Shown here one piece after another: positions 1 to 8,517 of a stretch of DNA of 20,000 bases. Source of the stretch: Chrysochromulina tobinii (lineage: Eukaryota); contig JWZX01003317.1 of the NCBI GenBank assembly GCA_001275005.1, positions 45,534 through 65,533 of the forward strand, read 5' to 3'. Each line of letters opens with the position of its first letter. Within the stretch, counting starts at the first letter, position 1. The translations under genes and the position numbers were made by a program. Below the pieces are notes generated by a model. The model did no database searches. It was not told the DNA's origin and worked only from the letters and a program-made list of their open reading frames with translations.

Positions 1-1
1 C

Positions 2-460
2 CCTGCGGTGCTGCCGGATAAGGAAAACGCCCGCGAGCCACCCGCGGATATGGTGCCTGTGCGGCCGACGGGCAAGACAACCCCAAGCTGCAAGCCACCG
101 CCTCTGGTCAAGCTCGCGCCGCCCGCCGTGGTGGACAAGCCGCCTGCGCCCAAGTCGTCCGCAGCCAAGCCCCCCGCGCCCGCTTCCGCCAAGTCCTTGT
201 CGGCCCCTGCGGTGGTGCCGGGCCGGTCGCAGTCCGCACCGATGGCCGCACCGCCGGCTGCCAAGCGCCCACCAGAGCGCGAGCTCGAGGCCGAGGAGGT
301 TGCGTCCAAGGATCAGAAGCGATCGCGCAGCCTTGGTGGTGGCGGCAGTGGCTCCGAGGGCGCCACCTTCAATCGGCGCAAGAGCGGCAGTGGCTCATCA
401 ATGATCAAGAACATGGCCGCCAGCGCCGCTGCGGCCAGCTTCGACCTTTTCGACTTCTAG
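2..460 (+). CDS. C-terminal part of a Pro/Ala/Ser/Lys-rich, probably disordered protein (5' end lies outside the window)
   Basis: Frame is open from the window edge to TAG at 458-460, with GC-rich third positions like the other genes. It has basic NLS-like patches (KRPP, KRSR, RRKS) and ends in FDLFDF. No recognisable domain. Confidence 0.7.
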   Translation, partial: PAVLPDKENAREPPADMVPVRPTGKTTPSCKPPPLVKLAPPAVVDKPPAPKSSAAKPPAPASAKSLSAPAVVPGRSQSAPMAAPPAAKRPPERELEAEEVASKDQKRSRSLGGGGSGSEGATFNRRKSGSGSSMIKNMAASAAAASFDLFDF

Positions 461-946
461 AGAGCTCTGTGGAAAGCTCCGAAGGCGACGGCAAAGACCA
501 GAGCGTTCTTGGACGGCATCGAACAGAGGGTGTTGGGCAAGGGGACGAGGGAGGAGAACACCCGTACGGCGCGGTCAGAGGAGATGGCGGCGAGCACGGA
601 GATTGTTGCAGCAGTGGGCACCACTCGACATCGTTGCATCGTACGACGGCTTCCCTGGACAAGTCGGGCGCCGGGCGCATACCTTGCTAGCGGCATACCC
701 ACAAGAGCCGTCCTTAGCAGGGACCGTGCGTGGCGCATTGCGCGTACGGGGTGCTGGGTGGCGAGCCGAGCACATGCACAGGCGCGGGTAATAGTATACC
801 GGTCACGAGCGCTACGGCGAGCAGCTAATTTTTTCTTGTTGCATGCGGCCGTTTTCTGTGGCAACTGCTCGAGTCAACGCCTCACGCAGACGCCGTCGCC
901 GCCCCAGTCGAGCATGGAGTTACTCTTGGAGTATTGAGGAAATCAG

Positions 947-2062
947 ATGATGCAACAATACCACGCCTACATGTATGAGTTCAACAACGCGACCAGTGAG
1001 CTCTCGCTGCGAACATATGAGGTCGGCTTAGCTCCAACCGGCTTGCGCGACTTGGACGTTGTTCACGATGCGGACGATCGCCCAGGCATGTGGCATTCTC
1101 AGTCAGGCCAAGACCATACCGTTGCCAGCATTCTTGGCACCGCCCCTACCGGCAGAGCGCGCTTCTTTGTCGACCTCGCTGCCAACAGCCCCGTTGTATT
1201 CTCAAACACCCGTGCACTAGAGCGCGACTGGGGATGGTCGGGTATCTGCATCGAAGGCAATCCACATCTGATTGCTGCCCTCGTTGGACGACGGCGGTGC
1301 TCTGTGGTTTGCACTCTGGTAGATAGCTCTGTACGCAGCGTCACATTTGACATCGCCAGGCACCACGGCAACGGCGTCTCCTCCATCCGGCCAGACGCGT
1401 CGAATCGCTCACTCGTCCACCACTCTTCCGAGGCCCTGACCGCTAAGACGGTGCCGCTAGGCCGAATCCTCGCCGACCTACGCGCACCGCCCGTCATCGA
1501 CTTCCTCTCGCTCGATGTGGAGGGCTTTGAGGAGCGCGTGCTCGCGGGGCACGACTTCAAGCGCTACCACTTCCTGACGATTGCCGTCGAGCGACCCAGT
1601 GCCGTCCTGAGGGCGGTACTGCTAGACAATGGGTACGAGCACATTTTGGATCACGGCAAATACGGAGACGAGTTCTGGATCCTGAGTAATCGGAGCCGCC
1701 TTGGCCAGGCGTGGCGAGGGAGCTTGCGTGCGGGCTTGCACTCCAGCCTCGACGATGGCGACGTTGACGGTTACGTTGACGGGCGCGACCTCGCCGAGCG
1801 CACGCAAGCGAGCTACCGCCGCTGGCTGGCCGTCATCCACAGCCGAAACTGGAGCGTGCGGCGAGCGGGGATCAGCCCAATCACGCGAAAAAAGTCGATA
1901 TATAACTGCTGTGGTGTGCCAAAGGCGTGGGTGGCAAGCGGGACGGTCCCTGCGGACGTGGGGCACCGGCCATGGGGCAGCAAGGACCCGCACGTACTTC
2001 AGGGCGGTGGCGGAGGAAGCATTGAAGTGGCCCCGGGGCGCGTGTGCACGTGCCCATACTGA
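947..2062 (+). CDS. FkbM-family (Methyltransf_21, Star-like) SAM-dependent methyltransferase
   Basis: Motifs FFVDLAAN-x5-SNTRALERDWGWSGICIEGNP and PPVIDFLSLDVEGFEERVL...F...LTIAVE are typical of FkbM/Star-like proteins. The true start is uncertain (see findings). Confidence 0.88.
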   Translation: MMQQYHAYMYEFNNATSELSLRTYEVGLAPTGLRDLDVVHDADDRPGMWHSQSGQDHTVASILGTAPTGRARFFVDLAANSPVVFSNTRALERDWGWSGICIEGNPHLIAALVGRRRCSVVCTLVDSSVRSVTFDIARHHGNGVSSIRPDASNRSLVHHSSEALTAKTVPLGRILADLRAPPVIDFLSLDVEGFEERVLAGHDFKRYHFLTIAVERPSAVLRAVLLDNGYEHILDHGKYGDEFWILSNRSRLGQAWRGSLRAGLHSSLDDGDVDGYVDGRDLAERTQASYRRWLAVIHSRNWSVRRAGISPITRKKSIYNCCGVPKAWVASGTVPADVGHRPWGSKDPHVLQGGGGGSIEVAPGRVCTCPY

Positions 2063-2070
2063 TGAGACTT

Positions 2071-2155
2071 TCTAGACTTTCAGACCCACCGCAATTCAGG
2101 GGGTCCTGCCAATGTGTAGGTAGCTTAGTAAGTTACAAAGTTCTCTAGACTTTCA
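2071..2155. repeat. 12-bp direct repeat TCTAGACTTTCA flanking a 61-bp segment
   Basis: Identical 12-mers at 2071-2082 and 2144-2155, plus a partial third copy (AGACTTTC) at 2065-2072. Confidence 0.6.
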
Positions 2156-2337
2156 CCCATGGTGAGACTGTGTGCTGGGATAGACCGACCTCCGACCTCA
2201 CTAGCGAAATTGAGTAGCCCGATCGAGCGAGATCTCAGTTAATTGTGTTGACCGGGAGCGGAGCCGACTTTTGAGCTGTGGTGTGTGCGAAAGGACCGCG
2301 ACGAAACTGATTGACTTTCCCTCTCTGACTGGACGAG

Positions 2338-3153
2338 ATGTTTGCTCGTCTGGCACGGACGTCCTGCTGCAGCGTGGCGCTTGCCGCGACGTCAAGCCGC
2401 GTCGCGCGGTCCCGGGCCCGAGTACTGAGTACGCAGCCCTCGAGCTCGCGGCGACCTCTCCCGCAGAGCGACTTCCACGAGCTGCGCGAGCGCTCGCTGC
2501 TGCAGTACGTCATCGCCAAGTCCGCCGAGGGTGAACCTGAGTCGGTCACGGAGGCGATGGACGTTTTCTGGGACACGTACTTCAACGGCGAGGGCACTGC
2601 GCAGTGGAAACTCCGCGTAAAGGCCCTCGACGACGCCATCAGCGCGAAGACCCCACGAACGGCAATGGAAATCGGCACCTACTGTGGATACACAGCTGTG
2701 CGCATGGGTCGGCACGTGCCGCCGGGCGGCAAGCTGATCTCCGTCGAGATGGACCCGTTGTATGCGGCAATTGCCACCAAAATAATCGAGCACGCGGGAC
2801 TGCGCGACCGCGTCTTCGTCGAGATCGGCACCGTCAAGGACCGGTTGGCGGCCATCCAGAAAAAGTACAGCCTGAGCGGGCCGCTCGATGCCGTGCTGCT
2901 CGACCACGACGTAAACAGCTACCTTCCCGACCTGAAGCGCCTCGAGGCCGAGGGGCTCATCACGAAGGGCACCGTCGTGCTCTGCGATTGGTCGCTCTAC
3001 CCAGGCTCGGACGATTACGGACGTCCGCTCCAGGTACCTACGGACGGCAAGGAGTTCATGACGTACCTGGCGCAGGCTGGCAGACCGACGGCGACCCACT
3101 CGCTGACTGGCAAGGAGGTGTTCACCGTCTCCTCGTGGACGGGCGTCGTCTGA
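2338..3153 (+). CDS. Catechol O-methyltransferase-like protein with a probable mitochondrial presequence
   Basis: MEIGTYCGYTAVRM, KLISVEMDP, LDAVLLDH, YLPDLKRLE and KGTVVLCD-x4-PG align by eye with mammalian COMT (LELGAYCGYSAVRM...LDMVFLDH...YLPD...KGTVLLADN...PG). The first ~40 aa are Arg/Ser/Ala-rich with no acidic residues. Confidence 0.9.
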   Translation: MFARLARTSCCSVALAATSSRVARSRARVLSTQPSSSRRPLPQSDFHELRERSLLQYVIAKSAEGEPESVTEAMDVFWDTYFNGEGTAQWKLRVKALDDAISAKTPRTAMEIGTYCGYTAVRMGRHVPPGGKLISVEMDPLYAAIATKIIEHAGLRDRVFVEIGTVKDRLAAIQKKYSLSGPLDAVLLDHDVNSYLPDLKRLEAEGLITKGTVVLCDWSLYPGSDDYGRPLQVPTDGKEFMTYLAQAGRPTATHSLTGKEVFTVSSWTGVV

Positions 3154-3658
3154 GTCGCCGCCCGAGAACGCCGGTCAATGAAAGAGGCCATGCGGCACCG
3201 AGAGAAGCAGAAGGTACGATGCCATATGGTTCTGAGGCGGGTCGTCGCCGAGGGCGCGAGGCGTCGTTCGATGAGAGAGGATAGATACATATGGAGGCCG
3301 TGTTTCAGAGGTTGGACGGACTGAAAAGGACGAAACAAATAGGTGGTTTAGGTGGGTTTTCTCTTAGTTTTCTCGCTCGATGAGGTGCGAGGATTGCGAG
3401 GTTTGTTCGTCCGGGGGCGTCCAGGGTCGTAAACCTGTTACCGCAGGTTAAGATTGAGGCCCAACTAGGGCCGGGAGTCCGGCGAGACAGTCGCACCTGT
3501 GACCTGAGCCGGGCGTCGCCACTACCGGCTACTCCGCTCACTTGAAAGCCGCGGGCGAGTGAACGATGACTGATGACTTTCGACAGGGCTGAACACCGTA
3601 CACGCCCTGTATGCCTGGGTACCCCCCTCGCCACGTGCACGCTGCCTGTAGGCGCGAA

Positions 3659-3681
3659 TTACTTACTTACTTACTTACTTA
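3659..3681. repeat. (TTAC)5 microsatellite
   Basis: ttacttacttacttacttactta read directly from the sequence. Confidence 0.95.
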
Positions 3682-3967
3682 GTGGTCTGTGGACTATATG
3701 GGAATTGAATGAGGTTCTGGACAGCACAAGGGGGACAGCACGACCCCGTTGTTCCCCGTACGAAGGAAATCCTCCTCCACAAGTAGTCACTTTTTCCCGC
3801 GCGTTCCCAATAGAGACGCGGCGCGCGAGAATGAAGGAGAATATGTACGCCGAAAACTTTGTGCTCCCCACCCGGTACCGGTACGCTCGCGAAGACGCGT
3901 GCGCACATTGATCAGTCGGGCCTTTTGATGTGAAGTTTTTTGCACCCTCACACGAGAGCGTCGCGCG

Positions 3968-4891
3968 ATGGCGAGCCCTCGACCGTCCTCAGCTGCATTA
4001 CGGACCTCAAGCAGTGCGCGGGCCTCTCCGAACTCGCCTCGCTTGCTTCCGAACGCGGTGTCACGTGCGAAGAACAAGGCGCCGACTCCGAATCCGTTGC
4101 TTGCGAGGCGGCTGTCTTCTCAAGCGGATGCCAATGAATGGGCATGGTACAAGCTGCAGGAGGCGGTTGCAGCTATCTCTCCCGCGCGGACCGAGGCACA
4201 GAAAGAGCATGCGGCCTTGAATCGCTTGCTCAAACAGGAAGAAAGGGACGGCGGGCCCTTTGGCCGCAAGTACGACGAGCGGGACCGTTACGAGGACTTG
4301 CGTCAGGCAACCGAGCGCTGCTTTGCAGCCGTTGGCAGCCTACTGTCAGCAGCGGCCACCCTCGAGATCTGTGTGGAGGCCGCTCTCATCGCGCACGTGT
4401 CGGACGACCGCAACATCCGGTGCGAGCTCGATGAGGCGCGCGCCGCGGGCGAGACGTGCCGTGCGACGCTGACATCCGAGTTGCGGCAGGCCGAGGGCGA
4501 CCGGCGCGAGGCGCTGGCTGAGGCGATGGCCTTAAAAGCCGCGCGAATGCGTGAGATCGAGACGGCCGCCGAGCACCTGGCGTACTCAAAGCGCCTGGAA
4601 GATCAGATCGTCCTGAATGACGCCAAATTCGAGGAGGCGCTGAGCGCCTTTGTTACCGTGAAATCGTCGCTTGGCCTCGAGAACGCACAGCTGCGCGACG
4701 ATGTGATACGCGGATCCGAGGAATTGCACTCTCTGGCCGAAGAGCACGACGTGCTCAATGATGCGTGCCGAACGCTCAGGTTGGAAAATGAGTTGCTGCG
4801 TCTGGAGCTCAAGCGTCACATCCACGGTGACGTGGAGGCTCGCCTGGAGCAGGACCCATTGAAGTTGACGGTGAAGAATGCGGAGACCTGA
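3968..4891 (+). CDS. Hypothetical coiled-coil protein
   Basis: 307-aa ORF starting ATG GCG, with a Ser/Pro/Arg-rich N-terminus followed by E/L/A/R-rich heptad-like sequence (LENAQLRDDV...LRLENELLRLELKR). Confidence 0.8.
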   Translation: MASPRPSSAALRTSSSARASPNSPRLLPNAVSRAKNKAPTPNPLLARRLSSQADANEWAWYKLQEAVAAISPARTEAQKEHAALNRLLKQEERDGGPFGRKYDERDRYEDLRQATERCFAAVGSLLSAAATLEICVEAALIAHVSDDRNIRCELDEARAAGETCRATLTSELRQAEGDRREALAEAMALKAARMREIETAAEHLAYSKRLEDQIVLNDAKFEEALSAFVTVKSSLGLENAQLRDDVIRGSEELHSLAEEHDVLNDACRTLRLENELLRLELKRHIHGDVEARLEQDPLKLTVKNAET

Positions 4892-4988
4892 CCCCGTCAC
4901 CCGGTGACCGTTTGCGTTTCCACCGTGCAGGTCTCACCGGCATCGACCCAGACAGCTAACATAAAAGGTTACCCATAAAAGACAATTT

Positions 4989-6320
4989 TCACCTAGCAGT
5001 AGGAGTAGCACTCGATGGGCGATACGAAATCCGCCTGGCCGCGGGCGCCGTCGTCGGCCGTACGCGCGTTGCTGTCGGCCGTGCGGATAGCGGCCTTGAT
5101 ATTGCGCCTGCTGGCGGCCGCGGTGAAGTCGGCCGCGAGCGGGGTTTTGATGGCGGTCGCGGCGAGGCAGGCCGTGAGTGTCGCTCGCCCGCGGATGTCA
5201 GAGGCGGTTGCGTGAGCCCAGCGTTGCGCGGGCTGAGTTGCGAGTGTGGAGTCGTCGATTGCGAGGAGACGTGCTCGACTGCTGGTGGGAAGAGTGCACC
5301 TGTTGGCTCTCCGCGCTCGGCAAACCACTGCTGCGCGCGCTCAAACCATTGATTGGCATCGGCTCCGATGCCGATAGGTCGCCATCGCAGCCCATTTGAC
5401 GGACGATCGGGCGCCTTTCGATGGCTGGGTGTGGACAGTCGGGCGGAGGCAGGCGCAGAGCGGAGGCGGCCATACACGAGTTGAGGCCCGACCGCAGCGC
5501 TTGTGAGCACTGGCGAGGGTGGTCGCTTGGGAGGCTCGGGCGGCGGCGCCTCCTTGGCCTCGCGTTCTGCCTTGCGCGCTGCTATGCGTGCGTTGGAGGC
5601 AGAGGTGCCGCTCTTGTACACGTTGTGATTCCGCGGTGATTGCCCGTCGATGGCCGCCACGTTCGGAGCGAATCGTCGCTGCGCGATCTCACTCAGATTC
5701 CAATCTCGGTCCTCGATCTCCTCAATTTTATTGAGGACAAAGCCTCCTTTGTCCGTGGTGCAGCACACCGCTCGAAAGAGGCTGGAGAGGAACATGGCAT
5801 ACTCGCCTGGGTGCACGCCAAGCGTCCACAAGTCAGCGAGTGCAAAGAGCGCATCGCAGAGACCTTTCTTGTGCAGCAGCTGATCCCCCTTGAGGTCCAG
5901 CTGGTAGTCCTCGACCGCGCGCGCCTCGGCTTTCTCCCTATCGAAGGTGCTGTGGCCATAGTTGTCAAACGGGCTCAGCACCTTGTACATGCACAGCTGC
6001 CAGCGGAGGTACTGATCAAAGTCCATGCCCGCTTGAGCGGCTCCATGCCTGTCACACATTGCCGGGAAGGTGGCCAGAATCATTTTCCACCAATTGTTCA
6101 GCTCCTCGCTCACCATGGGGTGGCGGCGCAACTCCTTGCGGGCGTTCATAACGATCTCGGCGTGGCCGCTGTCGTACCTCTGTGAATGGAATCGAGTGAG
6201 CATCTCCCAGCTATCGTATAGACGCCCAAGGTTGCTGCCCTCACTCCCGCCCAGCCGCGTTGCATTCTGTGTCCTCGCTGCGATGCACCGCAACTTCGTC
6301 TCGACCAAGTGATCTTGCAA
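4989..6320 (-). CDS. Hypothetical protein with a degenerate EF-hand-like helical domain and a long Pro/Ser/Arg-rich tail; 5' end unresolved
   Basis: 443-codon ORF. The segment GMDFDQY..WQLCMYKVL...EDYQLDLKGDQLLHKKGLCDALFALADLWT...EYAMFLSSLF looks globular and EF-hand-like. The listed start is TTG and there is no in-frame ATG until ~6203; a candidate out-of-frame ATG lies at 6456. Confidence 0.75.
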   Translation of the reverse strand: MQDHLVETKLRCIAARTQNATRLGGSEGSNLGRLYDSWEMLTRFHSQRYDSGHAEIVMNARKELRRHPMVSEELNNWWKMILATFPAMCDRHGAAQAGMDFDQYLRWQLCMYKVLSPFDNYGHSTFDREKAEARAVEDYQLDLKGDQLLHKKGLCDALFALADLWTLGVHPGEYAMFLSSLFRAVCCTTDKGGFVLNKIEEIEDRDWNLSEIAQRRFAPNVAAIDGQSPRNHNVYKSGTSASNARIAARKAEREAKEAPPPEPPKRPPSPVLTSAAVGPQLVYGRLRSAPASARLSTPSHRKAPDRPSNGLRWRPIGIGADANQWFERAQQWFAERGEPTGALFPPAVEHVSSQSTTPHSQLSPRNAGLTQPPLTSAGERHSRPASPRPPSKPRSRPTSPRPPAGAISRPLSARPTATRVRPTTAPAARRISYRPSSATPTAR

Positions 6321-6508
6321 TGCATTGGTCGGTGCCAGTCGGCTGCAAGATGTTATCCCACTTGGCGCAGTGCTGCGCGCTACGAGGACGTAGCCCGCGC
6401 TTCAAATGCTCGAAAGGTGGTGGTTGCGCGCTGCGAGGAACCAGCATGCTTCGCATTTCCTCTTGACGAACGAAGAGGAGCGCTGGGATGCCGCAGAGGC
6501 AGCACGTC

Positions 6509-6531
6509 AAGTACCGGTAAAGTACCGGTAC
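6509..6531. repeat. Perfect 11-bp tandem duplication (AAGTACCGGTA)2 containing the palindrome TACCGGTA
   Basis: Copies at 6509-6519 and 6520-6530. GTACCGGTAC at 6522-6531 also occurs at 3875-3884. Confidence 0.8.
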
Positions 6532-7290
6532 GAAGGAGTTGACCGGAAATGGCTCTAAGCGGAAAACGCTCAAGGGTAAGCTGTGGCTTGACTGGCCGAT
6601 CGTTAGAGAACCGACCGCTCGCTGCGTCCTGGCCACCGATGCGCGATGGGTTGAATGGACCTATGGACGAGAACCAATTGTGGTTTGTGGAGACAGTGAG
6701 TCAGTCAGTTTCGTCGCGCGGTCCCCGGCGCTCAGCACACCACCGTCTCAACGGACATACGGACGGTTTCGCCCAATTGTCGAATAGAAATTCTCGAATC
6801 AGGACCATCGGGGCATCCAGTTTATACAGAGGTGTGCTGAGGACTCTGTCACCGTTGCGCGTTGGTACGCCGCGCGTACGCGCCGACCTCTGATTGATCT
6901 CGACAGACGGGAGCGCAGTGTGAAGCAGTGAGGTGTGTAGGTTCTGGGTCTAGCTGGGTTGGAAGTGTGGGTTACCGACCACTGCAACTACAAATTACAC
7001 GGCGATCGGTCATCGGTGTCGCTTCTTCGTTTCCGTTCTTGCTGCGGTTTTCCGAATTTCGCACCAAATCCCCTTTCCGGGCTTGGTCGTTCAATCAACG
7101 CCATCGTCGTCGCGGCATGGCTGATCTCCTCCGTCGCCCCGGCTGCCCGGGACACCGCGGAGCCGGGACGGTCTTCCGCACATCACAAGATTATGATTCA
7201 TGTATCTGGTGACACAAATCACAATCAGCGGGGGCGAGATGGTGCGTCGCCTGTGCGCTGTGGGTTGCGTGCGACGGCAGAACGCGCGTC

Positions 7291-8517
7291 TCACGGGACC
7301 TTGAACACGGCCGTGTTGCACAGGAAAGGGTTCTGAAAGGTGGTCTGCTCGCCAGCACTCTTGCCTGGCACGGGGAAGAGGCGCGCGCTGAGCGGCTTGT
7401 CGAGGCGGTAGGCCAGCGCCGCCACGTCGAGGAACAGAGCCGCGAGCTTCGCGGGCGGCACGTCGCCGGGCACGGGCACGGTGTCGAGGCCAATGCCGCA
7501 CACGGCTGAATACATCAGCAAGTCGTGGATCGAGTAGCCGCGGGCCGACGCGCGACGCGCGAGTCCAGCGTCCTCGCATGGCGGCAGCATTAGTCCGGAG
7601 TAGCCACAAAGCGTGAGCGATGAACTGAGAGACTTGACAGCGCCGGTCACGAGCGCTGAGACGGCGAGGGTGCCCGACTCGCCAAACTCGCCCAGCCCGA
7701 GGCTCGCAAAGGCGTCCGCGAGCGGCGGCGCCGAACCGAGCGGCGCCACCGAGGCGTCGAGGCCCGCAAAGAGGAGATCGTGCGAGCTCGCGAGCTCGCG
7801 CGCGAGATCCTCGAGTGGCCGCATCTGCGCCTCGAAAGTTGCGCGTACGAGCTCGCGCGCCTTGCGTAGGTCGCCGGCAGCGCGCGGTAATGCGTCGGCG
7901 AGAATCGCCGACGTCTCACAACCGATGCCGAAGGATATAGGGCCGCCTCCGCTGTAGCTGGCTGGGAAGAAGGGTGTGCCTGGACCCACGTTGCACGAGA
8001 CGCAGAACTGGAAGTTACCCTCGCCGCCCTCGGTCTCGGCGGCGATACGCAAGACGGTGTCGGCGAGCCACGTGGCCGCCTGGGCGTCGAGCGCATCCGG
8101 GATCACGCCCGAGGCGCTCAGGCGCGGGCCGAGCTTGATGATGTCGGGCACCAGCGCGATGCCCTCGGCCGTGCTCGCGGGACCCACATTGAAGAGGCGG
8201 ATGGAAAGCCGCTTGCACTCATCATCGATCGCACGAAAGCTCTGCAGCGCCGCGGCGCTGTCCGACACGTCGATATAGTCCTCGAAACTGTTCGTGGCAA
8301 CTCTGGTCGTCTGCACCTCGAAGCCCTCCGCCGTCAGCCGCTCAGTGGCTGCCGCATTGAAGCTCACCGCCTTGACGATCGGTGATAGGTCGAGGGGCGT
8401 GCCGCGCGAGAGCGTGACAAAAGTGGTAACCGTGCGCACTTTTATCAGCTTGCCATTGGCCGTGTATGGCGTCGGCGGGGGCGTCGTCGCCATCATCACG
8501 AATTCCGCAAGGTTCAT
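7291..8517 (-). CDS. DUF711 / UPF0210 family protein
   Basis: N-terminal KVRTVTTF and EVQTTRVAT, plus GLDASVAP, FGESGTLAVSALVT, GYSGLMLPPCED, LLMYSAVCGIGLDTVPVPGD and KPLSARLFPVPG, match DUF711 family motifs. First ATG is at 8517, with alternatives at 8496 and 8493. Confidence 0.9.
   Translation of the reverse strand: MNLAEFVMMATTPPPTPYTANGKLIKVRTVTTFVTLSRGTPLDLSPIVKAVSFNAAATERLTAEGFEVQTTRVATNSFEDYIDVSDSAAALQSFRAIDDECKRLSIRLFNVGPASTAEGIALVPDIIKLGPRLSASGVIPDALDAQAATWLADTVLRIAAETEGGEGNFQFCVSCNVGPGTPFFPASYSGGGPISFGIGCETSAILADALPRAAGDLRKARELVRATFEAQMRPLEDLARELASSHDLLFAGLDASVAPLGSAPPLADAFASLGLGEFGESGTLAVSALVTGAVKSLSSSLTLCGYSGLMLPPCEDAGLARRASARGYSIHDLLMYSAVCGIGLDTVPVPGDVPPAKLAALFLDVAALAYRLDKPLSARLFPVPGKSAGEQTTFQNPFLCNTAVFKVP

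Noticed and set aside
3301..3337. TGTTTC...CTGAAAAGGACGAAACA looked like a minimal hammerhead ribozyme
   Set aside because: The core is CTGAAAA rather than CTGANGA, and stems I and II do not form.
3570..3615. CTGATGA followed by a stem (hammerhead- or SECIS-like)
   Set aside because: No GAAA follows stem II and there is no opposing GA quartet. Kept only as part of the hairpin-dense segment.
6540..7290. Short ORFs in the gap between the orphan gene and DUF711
   Set aside because: Mostly non-ATG starts, no motifs and no clear coding bias. Likely UTR or intergenic sequence.
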